Part shown: positions 41,362-50,929 of the stretch, in pieces
Layout: every line of letters begins with the position of its first letter
Numbering within the stretch: position 1 is the stretch's first letter
Program-made: the position numbers and the translations under genes
Origin: Deltaproteobacteria bacterium
GTDB taxonomy: Bacteria > Myxococcota_A > Polyangia > Polyangiales > Houyiibacteriaceae
DNA length: 64,000 nucleotides
Direction of reading: 5' to 3'
Assembly: GCA_034670305.1 (NCBI GenBank)
Contig: JAXMNT010000011.1
Location: forward strand, 96,850-160,849
Notes under the pieces: generated by a model
The model's input: the letters and a program-made list of their open reading frames with translations, nothing else
Database searches by the model: none
What the model was told of the DNA's origin: nothing

Positions 41362-42137
41362 AAGTCCACGACCACCGTGCCGGTGCGGTGCTGGAGAGGA
41401 TCGTTGCCGCTCGAGAGGGCGACGCCGAGTGCGATGCCGGTGCCGACCACGACGAGTCCGACCACCACCGCGGCGATCCATCCGCGCCGCGGGGGCTCGA
41501 CCACGACCACGTCGGGGGCGTCCGCGACGAACTCGATCGTGAGGTGCTGGGATTCGCCTTCGGAGAGCGTCGACTCCCACCGAAACGGCAGGTGGCCTTC
41601 GGTCTCGGCGTCCACCACGTGTGGACCGGCGTCGACGCGCAACTCGGTTGGCCAGCGATCGACCGGCACCGGACGCGAGTCGATGCGCAGCACCACATCC
41701 GCGTCTCCAAGCGTGTGGCTGACTATCAGCCGCGCGACGCGTCCCCGCGCTTCGACCAACATCTCGTGTACGTCGGACTGCAGCGCAGCGCTCAGGTCGG
41801 GGTGATCGGCTTCGAGCTTTTCGAGCGCATCGACGGTGTCGGCGTAGCGACCCAGGGCGCGCAGGGTGGCCGCGACGTTGTAGAGGGCGGAGGGTTCCGC
41901 CGAGAGCGCGTACGCGCGCTCGAAGAGGGGAAGGGCATCGGCCCAGCGCGCCTCGCCCGCGAGCGCCATGCCGCGCACGAAGAGTCCGCGCGCCTCGTTC
42001 GGAGGTTCGGCGATCGTCGCGTCTCGGGCCTCGACGTCCGCGTCGGGCGACTGCGCACGCGCGCTGTCCGTCCAACCCAACACCGCCACGATCCATGCAC
42101 ATGCGAGCCACGTGCCCGCCGATCCGCACATCCGCAT
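41358..42137 (-). CDS. Secreted TPR + PEGA-like protein with C-terminal hydrophobic segment
   Basis: Signal peptide (SARA-Q), TPR ARGLF..G......W..AL..FE.AY...LYN, PEGA-like 'V.LRID...P.ELRV.AG.H.V'. Confidence 0.8.
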   Translation of the reverse strand: MRMCGSAGTWLACAWIVAVLGWTDSARAQSPDADVEARDATIAEPPNEARGLFVRGMALAGEARWADALPLFERAYALSAEPSALYNVAATLRALGRYADTVDALEKLEADHPDLSAALQSDVHEMLVEARGRVARLIVSHTLGDADVVLRIDSRPVPVDRWPTELRVDAGPHVVDAETEGHLPFRWESTLSEGESQHLTIEFVADAPDVVVVEPPRRGWIAAVVVGLVVVGTGIALGVALSSGNDPLQHRTGTVVVDL

Positions 42138-45022
42138 CAGCCTCCCGTGCATCGGCCCAGCGCACACGTCCCAGTACAACACTCTTCCGGCGCGGTGCAG
42201 GACGCACCCGCGCCGAGGCAGCGCTCGCACACGGCGCTGCGGCTTCCGCAGAACAAGAACTCGCAGCACGTGCCGCCGTCGCCGCCGCACGCTTCTTCGA
42301 ACCCGCTGCAGGCGCCGCCGGCGTCGCAGAAGCCGCCCTTGCAGACGCCGCTGCAACAGTCCCGTCCCATCTCGCACGCCTGGCCGGTGCTCCCGCACGA
42401 CGCCGGGCACCGGCCTGCGGCACACGCTTGACCATCGCAGCAGAGCACGCCGTCACCGCACGGGTCGGTCGGGGCGGCGCATGCCGCGGGACAGCGGTTG
42501 TCCGGGGGGCAGCTCGATCCGTCGCAGCAGCGGAGCGTCGAGCAGTCTTCACCGACCGCTGCGCAGCCGGCGGTGCAGGACCCGTCGACGCACTCTCCGA
42601 CGCACACGTTGCCGCAGACGCCGCAGTTGCGCGCGTCGCGGCTCAGGTCGGCCTCGCAGCCGTTGCTGGTCACACCGTCGCAGTCGCCCGACCCAGGCAG
42701 ACACATGTACCCGCAGCTCTCGCCGTTGCAGGTCGCCGTCGCATTCGCGGGCACCGTCGCGGTGCAGTCTTCGCAGGATTCGCCGCACGTCATGGTCGAG
42801 TACTCATGGGCTTCGCAGCCCGTCGCGAACACTCCGTCGCAGTTGCGGAAGTCGGGGTCGCACTCGAAGGCGCAGGTGTCCGGGAGCTTGCAGATCGGGG
42901 CCGAGTTCGGCGCGTCCGCACACATTGCGCCGCACGCGCCGCAATGCTCCACCGTCGTCAGGTCGGCTTCGCAGCCGTCGGCCGGCGCGCCATTGCAGTC
43001 CGAGAACCCGGCGTCGCATTGGATGGCGCAGGTGCCGGCGTCGCATGAGAAGGCCGCGTTCGGGGCCGACGTCGGGCACGCGTTGTCGCACGCCCCGCAG
43101 TGATCGAAGTCGCTCGAGAGATCGGTGCCGCATCCGGGCAACGCGGTGCCTTCGCAATCGCCGAACCCGGGGTCGCATACGAACCCGCAACTCGACGCGG
43201 CGCAGGTGGGCGCGGAGTTCGGCACGTCCGCGCACGCGTCCCCGCACCCGCCGCAATGGAGCGGGTCGGTGCGGGTGTCGATCTCGCATCCGTTGGGGGC
43301 GAGCCCATCGCAATCGAGGAATCCGACATCGCACGCGAACGCGCAGGTCCCGCCCGAGCAGAGCGGCGACGAGTTCGGACGATCCGGGCACACCCGATCG
43401 CAGCGGCCGCAGTGCGCCGGGTTGGTGTTCGTGTCGACTTCGCAGCCGTTGTCCGGGTCTCCGTCGCAGGTCGCGAATCCGGCGTCGCAGCGCAGCGCGC
43501 ACGAGGGCACGCCCGCAACCACGCAGTCTTCGTCTCCGTTGGGCACTGGGCCGAGGCAACTCTCCGAACAGCTCCCGCAGGTGTCGTTCGTGGTGAGCGT
43601 GGTCTCACACACCGATGGGTCGCCGTCGCAGCTCGCTTCCGGGTAGACGCAGTCGGTGAGCGCGAGGTTCACCCCGTCGAGCGGTGCGACCTCGAGCCCT
43701 TCGTACTCGACGTCCATCGAGGTCACCGCGAACTGCACGACGAAGGGTTGATCGGGATCGTCCACTGCGTCGTCGAGTCCTTGGAGCAAGACCTCCTGCG
43801 GCAGATCCCAGTCGTCCGGACCGAACACGAGCGTGGCGGGTTCGATCGACACCTCGACAGGCAGGTCGACGTTCATCGACACGGACACGCTGGCGGTCGG
43901 CGCCGCTTGCAGACGTACCGAGAACCCATCGGTCATCCCGTTCTCGCTGGTGATGAAGGAACGTTCGGGTTCCACCAACACCGCGGGGTCTGGATCCGGG
44001 ACGCAGAATCCATCCACGTCGCAGCTGCCGACGAATGTGCACGGCGTGCCTTCGACGCAGAGCTCGTCGGGTGAACAGCGCGTGCCTTCCGGCGCCAATC
44101 CGCCCGCGACGTCGCACATCGCGCCACCCCCTTCGAGGCAGACGAGCGCGCCCACGTCGCACCCGACCCGACACGCAGCCCCGCCTTCACAGGGCATGCA
44201 TCCGCCTCGGCCATCGCACATGCCTTCTCCACACGGCGTGCCCGCCGGCCTTCGCAAGAAGGGTTCGCAGCGCGGGATCTCACCCGGCGTGCACTGCCAG
44301 TAGCCGACCCCGCAGGCGTCGCCCGGATCGGTGCACGGGCTGCCGCATCGGTCGTCGTCTCGGGTGGGCAAGCAGCCCAGGGTGGGGTGGCAGTAGCTCT
44401 CGCCCGGGCACGCGTCGGCGGTGGCGACCGCGAGGCAGATCCCCTCGAAGCAGGTGGCCTCTGCGCACATCGAGGGCGTCGGGCAGTCCGCATCGGTCGC
44501 ACACACGCCGGGCAGACCGCAGTCCGCGGGGGCGGCCGCGCAGAGGGGATCGGTGCAGCTCCCGCCGACACATTCCGAGCCGCCGCCGTCCGGTCGCGGG
44601 CAGGACACTTCGAGACACGCCCGGTCCAAGGTGACGGTGATCTCCGTGTGGTCGGTCAGATCGACCAGGACGTCGCGTCGCAACGCCGGGCGCACTCCGT
44701 CGCGCGAGAGCAGAGACACCCGCACCACGTACGCACCGGCCGGCGCGGGGAGCAACGACGCCACGCGGCGCCGGGTGCCGAAACGTTCGCCGCGGAGCGC
44801 GCGACTCTCTGCCCGACGGATCGTCTCGAACGTCCCCGTCGTTTCGTCGGGCACGAGCAGTTCCGTGACGATGGAGTCGAACTCCACTCCTGAGACCGCA
44901 TCGGTGACCAGGAAGACTTCGATCCCAAAGTCTGGATCGCTGGTGCAAGCGGTCAGCACCAGCGCACAGGTGAGGAGTGGGAGGCGGCTCAAGGTTCGAC
45001 GCACGTGCCGGCTCCATCGCAT
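42137..45022 (-). CDS. Large Cys-rich repeat surface lipoprotein with Ig/Calx-beta-like domain
   Basis: Lipobox LTAC; about 6 repeats C..GF.DCDG...NGCE.D...D..HCG.C; TSENG...F.V.L...PTA.V...L.F...W..PQ.V domain. Confidence 0.85.
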   Translation of the reverse strand: MRWSRHVRRTLSRLPLLTCALVLTACTSDPDFGIEVFLVTDAVSGVEFDSIVTELLVPDETTGTFETIRRAESRALRGERFGTRRRVASLLPAPAGAYVVRVSLLSRDGVRPALRRDVLVDLTDHTEITVTLDRACLEVSCPRPDGGGSECVGGSCTDPLCAAAPADCGLPGVCATDADCPTPSMCAEATCFEGICLAVATADACPGESYCHPTLGCLPTRDDDRCGSPCTDPGDACGVGYWQCTPGEIPRCEPFLRRPAGTPCGEGMCDGRGGCMPCEGGAACRVGCDVGALVCLEGGGAMCDVAGGLAPEGTRCSPDELCVEGTPCTFVGSCDVDGFCVPDPDPAVLVEPERSFITSENGMTDGFSVRLQAAPTASVSVSMNVDLPVEVSIEPATLVFGPDDWDLPQEVLLQGLDDAVDDPDQPFVVQFAVTSMDVEYEGLEVAPLDGVNLALTDCVYPEASCDGDPSVCETTLTTNDTCGSCSESCLGPVPNGDEDCVVAGVPSCALRCDAGFATCDGDPDNGCEVDTNTNPAHCGRCDRVCPDRPNSSPLCSGGTCAFACDVGFLDCDGLAPNGCEIDTRTDPLHCGGCGDACADVPNSAPTCAASSCGFVCDPGFGDCEGTALPGCGTDLSSDFDHCGACDNACPTSAPNAAFSCDAGTCAIQCDAGFSDCNGAPADGCEADLTTVEHCGACGAMCADAPNSAPICKLPDTCAFECDPDFRNCDGVFATGCEAHEYSTMTCGESCEDCTATVPANATATCNGESCGYMCLPGSGDCDGVTSNGCEADLSRDARNCGVCGNVCVGECVDGSCTAGCAAVGEDCSTLRCCDGSSCPPDNRCPAACAAPTDPCGDGVLCCDGQACAAGRCPASCGSTGQACEMGRDCCSGVCKGGFCDAGGACSGFEEACGGDGGTCCEFLFCGSRSAVCERCLGAGASCTAPEECCTGTCALGRCTGG

Positions 45023-45834
45023 GCGCCGGCGTCACCGCAGGCGATGCCTTCGTCTTTGAACCCGACCATCTCGCAGGTGCTGCCTTCGGGGGTGCACGAC
45101 CAGATGCCCGCCACGCAGCCCATCTCGCAGAACTCCCCGCATGGGATCTCGGTCATGCGTTCGTCCAGGTCCGCGCAGCCGGTCGAGGGATTGCAATACT
45201 CTTCGGCGCCGCATGCCCCTGGCAGCGACCGCGGCGTGCAGAGCCCATCGATGCACGAGGACTCCGCGCACTCTGCCGCTGGTGTGCACTCCGCGTCGTC
45301 GTTGCAGAAGACGAGGCCGCCACAGAACTCTGGGTTGGGCGGTTCGCAGCGCGGGTCGACACACTGCCCCGCCAGACACTCCGAGAGCGCCGCGGATGCG
45401 CCCGCGACAGGGCAGATGGCTTCACCGACGCAATCGCGACTCAGCACAAACGTCTCGAACCGGATCTCGTCGGCGTCGATCGAGAGCAGACGCGTGAACC
45501 CGACGAGCAGGCGGCGATCGGAGCGCAGCAACTGCACCCGGATGCGGTACTCGCCCGGAGGCAACTCCAGCGCAGCGGCACGGACGCCGGTCGGAAAGTC
45601 GTCCCCGAACACCGCGGGGCTCTCGAGGCTGCGCAGCAGGTTGTGCGCGGTCTCGCCGTCGACCGAGTCGAACACTTCGAGCCGCACGCTCGCGAACTCC
45701 GCGCCCGCCACCAGGCCGGTGCGCACATCGATGTTCACCGTCGACATCGGCGCGACGTCCGCGCCGCACCCCGCCAGTAGCCCACAGACCCACAAGAACA
45801 GGTGAGTGACGCGGGCCGACTGAAGTGCTGCCAT
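44989..45834 (-). CDS. Cys-rich lipoprotein, paralog of the N-terminus of 42137-45022
   Basis: Lipobox LAGC; aligns by eye with the next gene (G.EF, G.Y..RV.LL, L.R.C...CP, EC..G.C.DP.C, YC.P..GC). Confidence 0.8.
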   Translation of the reverse strand: MAALQSARVTHLFLWVCGLLAGCGADVAPMSTVNIDVRTGLVAGAEFASVRLEVFDSVDGETAHNLLRSLESPAVFGDDFPTGVRAAALELPPGEYRIRVQLLRSDRRLLVGFTRLLSIDADEIRFETFVLSRDCVGEAICPVAGASAALSECLAGQCVDPRCEPPNPEFCGGLVFCNDDAECTPAAECAESSCIDGLCTPRSLPGACGAEEYCNPSTGCADLDERMTEIPCGEFCEMGCVAGIWSCTPEGSTCEMVGFKDEGIACGDAGACDGAGTCVEP

Positions 45835-45995
45835 CCGTTGAGTATCGCAGGTTTCTTCCGAAAATGCGCCTCGCATGGAGTGTCGGGGGGTTGTTTTTCA
45901 CCAGAGACATCCTCCAGATGGGGTGCGAGCTGAACCGCGCTCCACGGGCGGCAGGCTCGTCTCGATCGCGGCGGTCTTTGGGCTAGGCTCGCGCC

Positions 45996-47345
45996 GTGAT
46001 GGATACGCTCGCGGACGCCGAACGACTCTTGAACGCGCGCGATCCGAGCGGCTGCTTGGGGTTGCTCGAGCCGATGCGCGTGCGCCTTGGGGAGGACGAG
46101 GCGCTGACGCGGCTGTGGCTGCGCGCGCTCGCCGAGCTCCCCCGCCGCCAGACGCTCGTGTCCGAGGTCCAAGCCGCGCTCGCCGTGGGCAGCGTGGACG
46201 TCGCAATCGCGGGTGCGGTCGCATTGAACGGGGTGGCGGCGCTGCGCCCCCTCGATGCGCCGCCGCCCTCCGCGGACACCCCCGCCGGCGCCACCGCGTC
46301 GATGGCACTCTCGTTGTGCGACGCCGCGCTCGCGCAGCTCGAGCCCAAAGATGCGGGCGTCGGGTTTCTTCACTGGCAGCGCGCCAACGCGTTGCGCGCG
46401 CTCGGGCCGGAGCGCGACGAGGAGGCCGTCGACGCGTACCTCGCGGCCACCCGCGCGCAGCCGGAACACGGCCCCATCTGGTTCGATCTCTGTGTGCTGC
46501 ACAAGTGGCGCGGGCGCTGGCAGAACGCGCTCGAGTGCGCGCTCAAGGCGCGGGCCCGTCTCGGCGATCACCGCGGGGTACTCTGGAACGCGGCCATCGC
46601 CGCCACCGTGCTCGGGCAAGGCGACGTCGCGGGCGGCTTTTGGCGGGACCTCGGGCTTCCGGTGCGGCTCGGGCGTGGCGGCATGCCGGTCGTGGATGGC
46701 GCGCCCAACCTTCAGGTGCGCGTTCCGTCCCGGCGTTCGACGTACGGACTCGAAGACGAACCGGAGCTTGGGTTCGAAGTGTTGTGGGTGGCGCCCACCA
46801 GCCCCTGCCACGGCGTCGTCGTCAGCGCTGCGTTTCGGGAACACGTGATCGACCACGGCGACGTGGTGGTCTGGGATGGCGTGCCCGTGGCGACCGACCC
46901 GCCGGTGTTCCCGCTGCTGGAGCAGCTGCACTCGAGCGCACAGATCCGCTTGGCGTTCGTCGCCATCGCTTCACCGGCGCAGATCGCGGAACTCGCCGAT
47001 GGGTTGTCCGCGCTCGACGCGACGCTCTTCGCCACGACACCGGGTGCGGACGCCCGTTCATCAGAGGGCGCGTCGAACGGCGCATCGAACGGCGCTGCCG
47101 ATGTCGCATCGGCCGACGAGCAGCTCGTGCGCGGCAAACTCATCGCACCGGAGGGCACCGATCTTCGGGCGCTCCAGGCGGCTCTGATGGCGGTGCTCGG
47201 CCGGGTGCCGATGAAGTTCGCGATCCCTGAGCTGTACGAGTCACTCCAAGACACGAAGCGCGCGGGCCAGGAACACCAGGCCTGGCGTGGCGTGGTGCGG
47301 GTGGCCGAGAAGCGAGGTCTGCTCCGGAAGGCCGACGGTGGCTGA
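45996..47345 (+). CDS. TPR-containing hypothetical protein
   Basis: TPR-like helices (ANALRALG..EEA..AY..A, WFDL..L....GRW..AL, LWN.AIAAT.LG). Confidence 0.75.
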   Translation: MMDTLADAERLLNARDPSGCLGLLEPMRVRLGEDEALTRLWLRALAELPRRQTLVSEVQAALAVGSVDVAIAGAVALNGVAALRPLDAPPPSADTPAGATASMALSLCDAALAQLEPKDAGVGFLHWQRANALRALGPERDEEAVDAYLAATRAQPEHGPIWFDLCVLHKWRGRWQNALECALKARARLGDHRGVLWNAAIAATVLGQGDVAGGFWRDLGLPVRLGRGGMPVVDGAPNLQVRVPSRRSTYGLEDEPELGFEVLWVAPTSPCHGVVVSAAFREHVIDHGDVVVWDGVPVATDPPVFPLLEQLHSSAQIRLAFVAIASPAQIAELADGLSALDATLFATTPGADARSSEGASNGASNGAADVASADEQLVRGKLIAPEGTDLRALQAALMAVLGRVPMKFAIPELYESLQDTKRAGQEHQAWRGVVRVAEKRGLLRKADGG

Positions 47346-48177
47346 GTCCGAGCACGAACACGAGCTGCTTCCCCACGAGCAGCACCGCTTCGACGGACTT
47401 GCGGCGTTGTCCCCGCGCGATCTGCACCGCCGACGCGAGCTGGTGTTCCTGGTGCTCTCGGGTCTGTTCCTCGGCACGCTCGCGATGCTCAACCTGCTGG
47501 GCGTGACGCGCTTTCTGAACATGGGCTTCGAGGCGTTCGGGGAGCCGGTCTGGATCGCGGTCGGCGTGCTGCCGTATCCAGTGACCTTTCTCTGCACCGA
47601 TCTGCTCTCGGAACTCTACGGCCGCCGCCGCGCGTCCCAGGTCGTCTGGATGGGGCTCGCGCTCAACCTGTGGCTGGTGTTCATTCTCTGGCTGGGCGGC
47701 GTGCTGCCGGGAGTCGACGCAGGGGCCGATCGCACCCCACCGATCCACATCTTCACCGAGGTTCGCCTGCTGACGTTCGCGGCGGTCACCGCGTCGATGG
47801 TCGCCTACCTCTCCGCGCAGCTCGTCGACGTGTACCTCTTCCACTTCTGGAAGCGGCTGACCCGCGGCAAACACCTCTGGCTGCGCAACAACGCCTCGAC
47901 GCTGGTGAGCCAGCTCGTCGACACCATCGCGGTCATCTTGGTGACGCATTTCCTGGCGAAGGGATTGCCGATCGACGACGCACGTTCGCTCTGGCCTCAG
48001 CTCCTCGCCTTCATCGTCGCGGGCTACTCGTTCAAGCTGCTCGTGGCGCTCGTGGACACGGCCCCCTTCTACGCTGCTGTGCATTATCTCACGCGCTACC
48101 TGCGTCTCCCCCCGCCTGGGGTCGCGCACGCCGCCGAACCGGCCGACGAGGTTGGAGCCGACACCAACTCGGGGTAG
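47338..48177 (+). CDS. yhhQ: Queuosine precursor transporter (YhhQ/Vut_1 family)
   Basis: G.L.YP.TFL.TDL.SELYG...A, AS..AYL.AQ..DV..F, LWLRNN.ST.VSQ..DT. Confidence 0.9.
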   Translation: MAESEHEHELLPHEQHRFDGLAALSPRDLHRRRELVFLVLSGLFLGTLAMLNLLGVTRFLNMGFEAFGEPVWIAVGVLPYPVTFLCTDLLSELYGRRRASQVVWMGLALNLWLVFILWLGGVLPGVDAGADRTPPIHIFTEVRLLTFAAVTASMVAYLSAQLVDVYLFHFWKRLTRGKHLWLRNNASTLVSQLVDTIAVILVTHFLAKGLPIDDARSLWPQLLAFIVAGYSFKLLVALVDTAPFYAAVHYLTRYLRLPPPGVAHAAEPADEVGADTNSG

Positions 48178-48240
48178 GGTCCACCGGTGTGGTGGCGTGG
48201 TGGTTGCGCCTGAGTTGCTGTCTTGAAGAGGTGTGAAGTG

Positions 48241-48906
48241 ATGCGTTTTGTTCGCTCGAAATGGGCGATCTTGGTCACCCTGATGGGTCTCTCGGCGTTG
48301 CCGAGCCCGGCGGGTGCCACGGTCATGGTCGAGGTCTCCCTCGAAGACATGGTACGCGATGCCGCGTTCATCGTGCGTGGGCGGGTCATCGAGACCGGCA
48401 CGCAGGTGGTGATGGGCGACGAAGGCGGGCTCGACCCGTACTCGCTCACCACGCTCCAGGTGACCGACTGGGTCAAGGGCCCGGCGAGCGCGTCCAATAC
48501 GATCGTCATTCGCGAGCTCGGCGGCCTCATCGGCCAAGACGGCGAACTCGGCGGCATGTGGATCGACGGCACCCCCCAGTACGCGGTGGGCGAAGAGGTG
48601 GTCGTATTCCTGGAGGCGCGCGAAGACGGAAGCCTCCGCACCTACGCGATGGCGCAGGGCAAGTTCGTCGTGACCCACGGCATCGGTGGTGTGGCCTCGA
48701 CCGTGACCCGCGACACCGCGGCGATCGCGTTCGCGAACTGGAGCGAAGAACAGCGCCGCTGGAGTGGTCGCATGACGATCTCTCACGGCCGGCGCGAGAC
48801 GCTCGACCTCGACACCTTCCTCGACGTCGTGCGCGGCATCCAGAACACCTACGGCACCGGCAGCGGTGCGCTCCTGCCGACCGAGCCCGCGCGGAGGCTC
48901 CGATGA
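48241..48906 (+). CDS. Secreted protein coupled to the matrixin gene (OB/TIMP-like fold suspected)
   Basis: Signal peptide; 'SLEDMVRDA..IV.G.V...V..WVKG...I.I...GG......G.P....GEEVVVFL'; ATGA overlap with the protease. Confidence 0.75.
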   Translation: MRFVRSKWAILVTLMGLSALPSPAGATVMVEVSLEDMVRDAAFIVRGRVIETGTQVVMGDEGGLDPYSLTTLQVTDWVKGPASASNTIVIRELGGLIGQDGELGGMWIDGTPQYAVGEEVVVFLEAREDGSLRTYAMAQGKFVVTHGIGGVASTVTRDTAAIAFANWSEEQRRWSGRMTISHGRRETLDLDTFLDVVRGIQNTYGTGSGALLPTEPARRLR

Positions 48907-50549
48907 ACCACGCACGCATGCTCGCCGCCGCCGTCGTCATGACGCTGGCCTTCGGCTCCAACGCGCTCGCGTGGGAGTGCCTCTCCGGATCCTGTCCGAA
49001 GTGGTGCGGACCGGTGCCGTACGGACTGACCCAAGCGTCGCCGGACCTCGGTGACGCGACCACTGAAGCGGAAGTCCAGCGCGGCATGAACGACTGGACG
49101 CTTCGCAGCTGCACCAGCCTGTCGGCCAGCTACAGCGGCCGCTCCGGCGCGACGGCTGGAAACGGCGACGGCCAGTCGGTCATCGGCTGGGTCGAGAGCG
49201 GCTGGCGCCACGGCTCGAGCGCGATCGGTGTCACGGGGCCGCGCTGGAACGGCCGCAACTGCATCATCGAAGCGGACATGGAGATGAACGGTCAGAACTT
49301 CACGTGGATCACCGGCTCGGGCCGCGGCTCCAACGTGAACGCCTACTCGATCACGCTTCACGAAGGCGGCCACTACTACGGCCTCGGCCACTCGTCCGAC
49401 TCGAACGCGACGATGTACTTCGCGTACACGGGCGGCATCGACTCGATCAACGCGGACGACGAAGGCGGCATCTGCACCCTCTACCCCGGCGACGGTCCGG
49501 TGGACTGCAGCGTCAGCGGTTGCCCGAGCGGACAGGAGTGCATCGCCAACAGCTGCCAGCCGATCATGGGCGACGGCACCGTGTGCTCCCCGTGCAGCAT
49601 GGACACCGACTGCGGCGGACCGAGCGACTTCTGCGTGCGCTACCCCGATGGCAACACCTTCTGTGCGAAGGCTTGCAGCAGCCCCGCCGACTGCACCGGC
49701 GAAGGCGAAGTCTGTGCCGGCACGAGCGGCGGCGCGAACCAATGCGCCCGCATGGCCGGCGGCACCTTCACCTGCGACGGCGCCATGACCGGCCCGGAGT
49801 GCCGCAACGACTCAGAGTGCGATGCGTCCGAACGGTGCAACACGGGAACCGGCAACTGCGAACCCCGCCCGACGGATCTCGGTGATCTCGGCGAAGCCTG
49901 TGAAGGCAACGAGCAGTGCAACAGCGGCGTGTGCGCGACGACGAGCCTTGGCAGCATCTGCACTCAGTCCTGCGACGGGTTCAACACCGCGTCGTGCCCG
50001 GGCGGCTTCTACTGCGACGGCGAAGCGGTCGGCGTGTGCGGCATGGGCCTGTGCTTGCCCGGCGCCGCTGGAGGCACGCCACTCGGCGGCACCTGCAGCA
50101 CCGACACGGACTGCGCGACCCTGAACTGCGGCGGTGGCCGTTGCGTCACCGCCTGTCGTCCCGACTCCGGCGTCGACACCTGCCCGGCCGGCTACGCCTG
50201 CCAGACCGGTGCGGCGGCGGGCTGCGGTTCGTGCCGTGCGGAAGGGGACATCGGCACCATCGGCGATTCCTGCGAGATCGACTCCGACTGCCGCAGCGGC
50301 CTCTGCGCCGTCCGCGGCGACGAGACCTTCTGCACCGCCGACTGCGCGGACGCGAGCGAGTGCCCAGAAGCATTCACCTGCACCCCGGTCGGCGACGACC
50401 GGAGCCTCTGCGCCCCGCCCCTCCCACGCGACGACGGGGGCTGCGGCTGCCGCGTCGCCGGTCTCCAGGGATCATCGGGCACGACGAACGGACTCCTCGT
50501 CCTCCTCATCGTCCCCGCCCTCGTCCTCTGGCGCCGCCGCAAGCGCTGA
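48903..50549 (+). CDS. Matrixin (M10) metalloprotease with Cys-rich repeats and MYXO-CTERM-like tail
   Basis: [11 protein letters not shown] zinc motif, Met-turn ATMY, repeated G..C..D.DC.SG.C modules, GGCGC...TM...WRRRKR. Confidence 0.92.
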   Translation: MNHARMLAAAVVMTLAFGSNALAWECLSGSCPKWCGPVPYGLTQASPDLGDATTEAEVQRGMNDWTLRSCTSLSASYSGRSGATAGNGDGQSVIGWVESGWRHGSSAIGVTGPRWNGRNCIIEADMEMNGQNFTWITGSGRGSNVNAYSITLHEGGHYYGLGHSSDSNATMYFAYTGGIDSINADDEGGICTLYPGDGPVDCSVSGCPSGQECIANSCQPIMGDGTVCSPCSMDTDCGGPSDFCVRYPDGNTFCAKACSSPADCTGEGEVCAGTSGGANQCARMAGGTFTCDGAMTGPECRNDSECDASERCNTGTGNCEPRPTDLGDLGEACEGNEQCNSGVCATTSLGSICTQSCDGFNTASCPGGFYCDGEAVGVCGMGLCLPGAAGGTPLGGTCSTDTDCATLNCGGGRCVTACRPDSGVDTCPAGYACQTGAAAGCGSCRAEGDIGTIGDSCEIDSDCRSGLCAVRGDETFCTADCADASECPEAFTCTPVGDDRSLCAPPLPRDDGGCGCRVAGLQGSSGTTNGLLVLLIVPALVLWRRRKR

Positions 50550-50567
50550 CCGAGATCGTGTGACGCC

Positions 50568-50774
50568 GCCGACGCCGACCCAGTCGGGGTCGGCTTCGGC
50601 TTCGGCGTCGGATTCCGCGTCGGCGTCGGGTTCCGCGTCGGCATCGGCTTCGGCATCGGCATCGGCTTCGGCATCGGCTTCGGCTTCGGCATCGGCATCG
50701 GCTTCGGCTTCGGCTTCGGCTTCAGCGTCGGCATCGGCTTCGGCTTCGGCTTCGGCATCGGCGTCGGCTTCGGA
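50568..50774 (+). repeat. (TCGGCN)n hexamer tract, about 32 units, starting with an inverted pair
   Basis: GCCGACGCCGAC-CCA-GTCGGGGTCGGC, then tcggct/tcggca/tcggcg units. Confidence 0.95.
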
Positions 50775-50929
50775 TCAGATCGGAAGAAACCGCCTCTCCC
50801 CGCGCAACGATTCCGCGACACCCGCGACAGAGCCCCGTTGCCCTCCCGATTCGCCGCGCCTGACCCCGCATTCGTCCCACCCGCGTGCTATGTCCGCGCA
50901 CGCGACCGACGCGTGGTCTCCCCCCCGTC

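Noticed and set aside
47250-47337. preQ1 riboswitch upstream of yhhQ
   Set aside because: The upstream region is coding (TPR gene overlaps by 8 nt), and no preQ1 stem with A-rich tail is seen.
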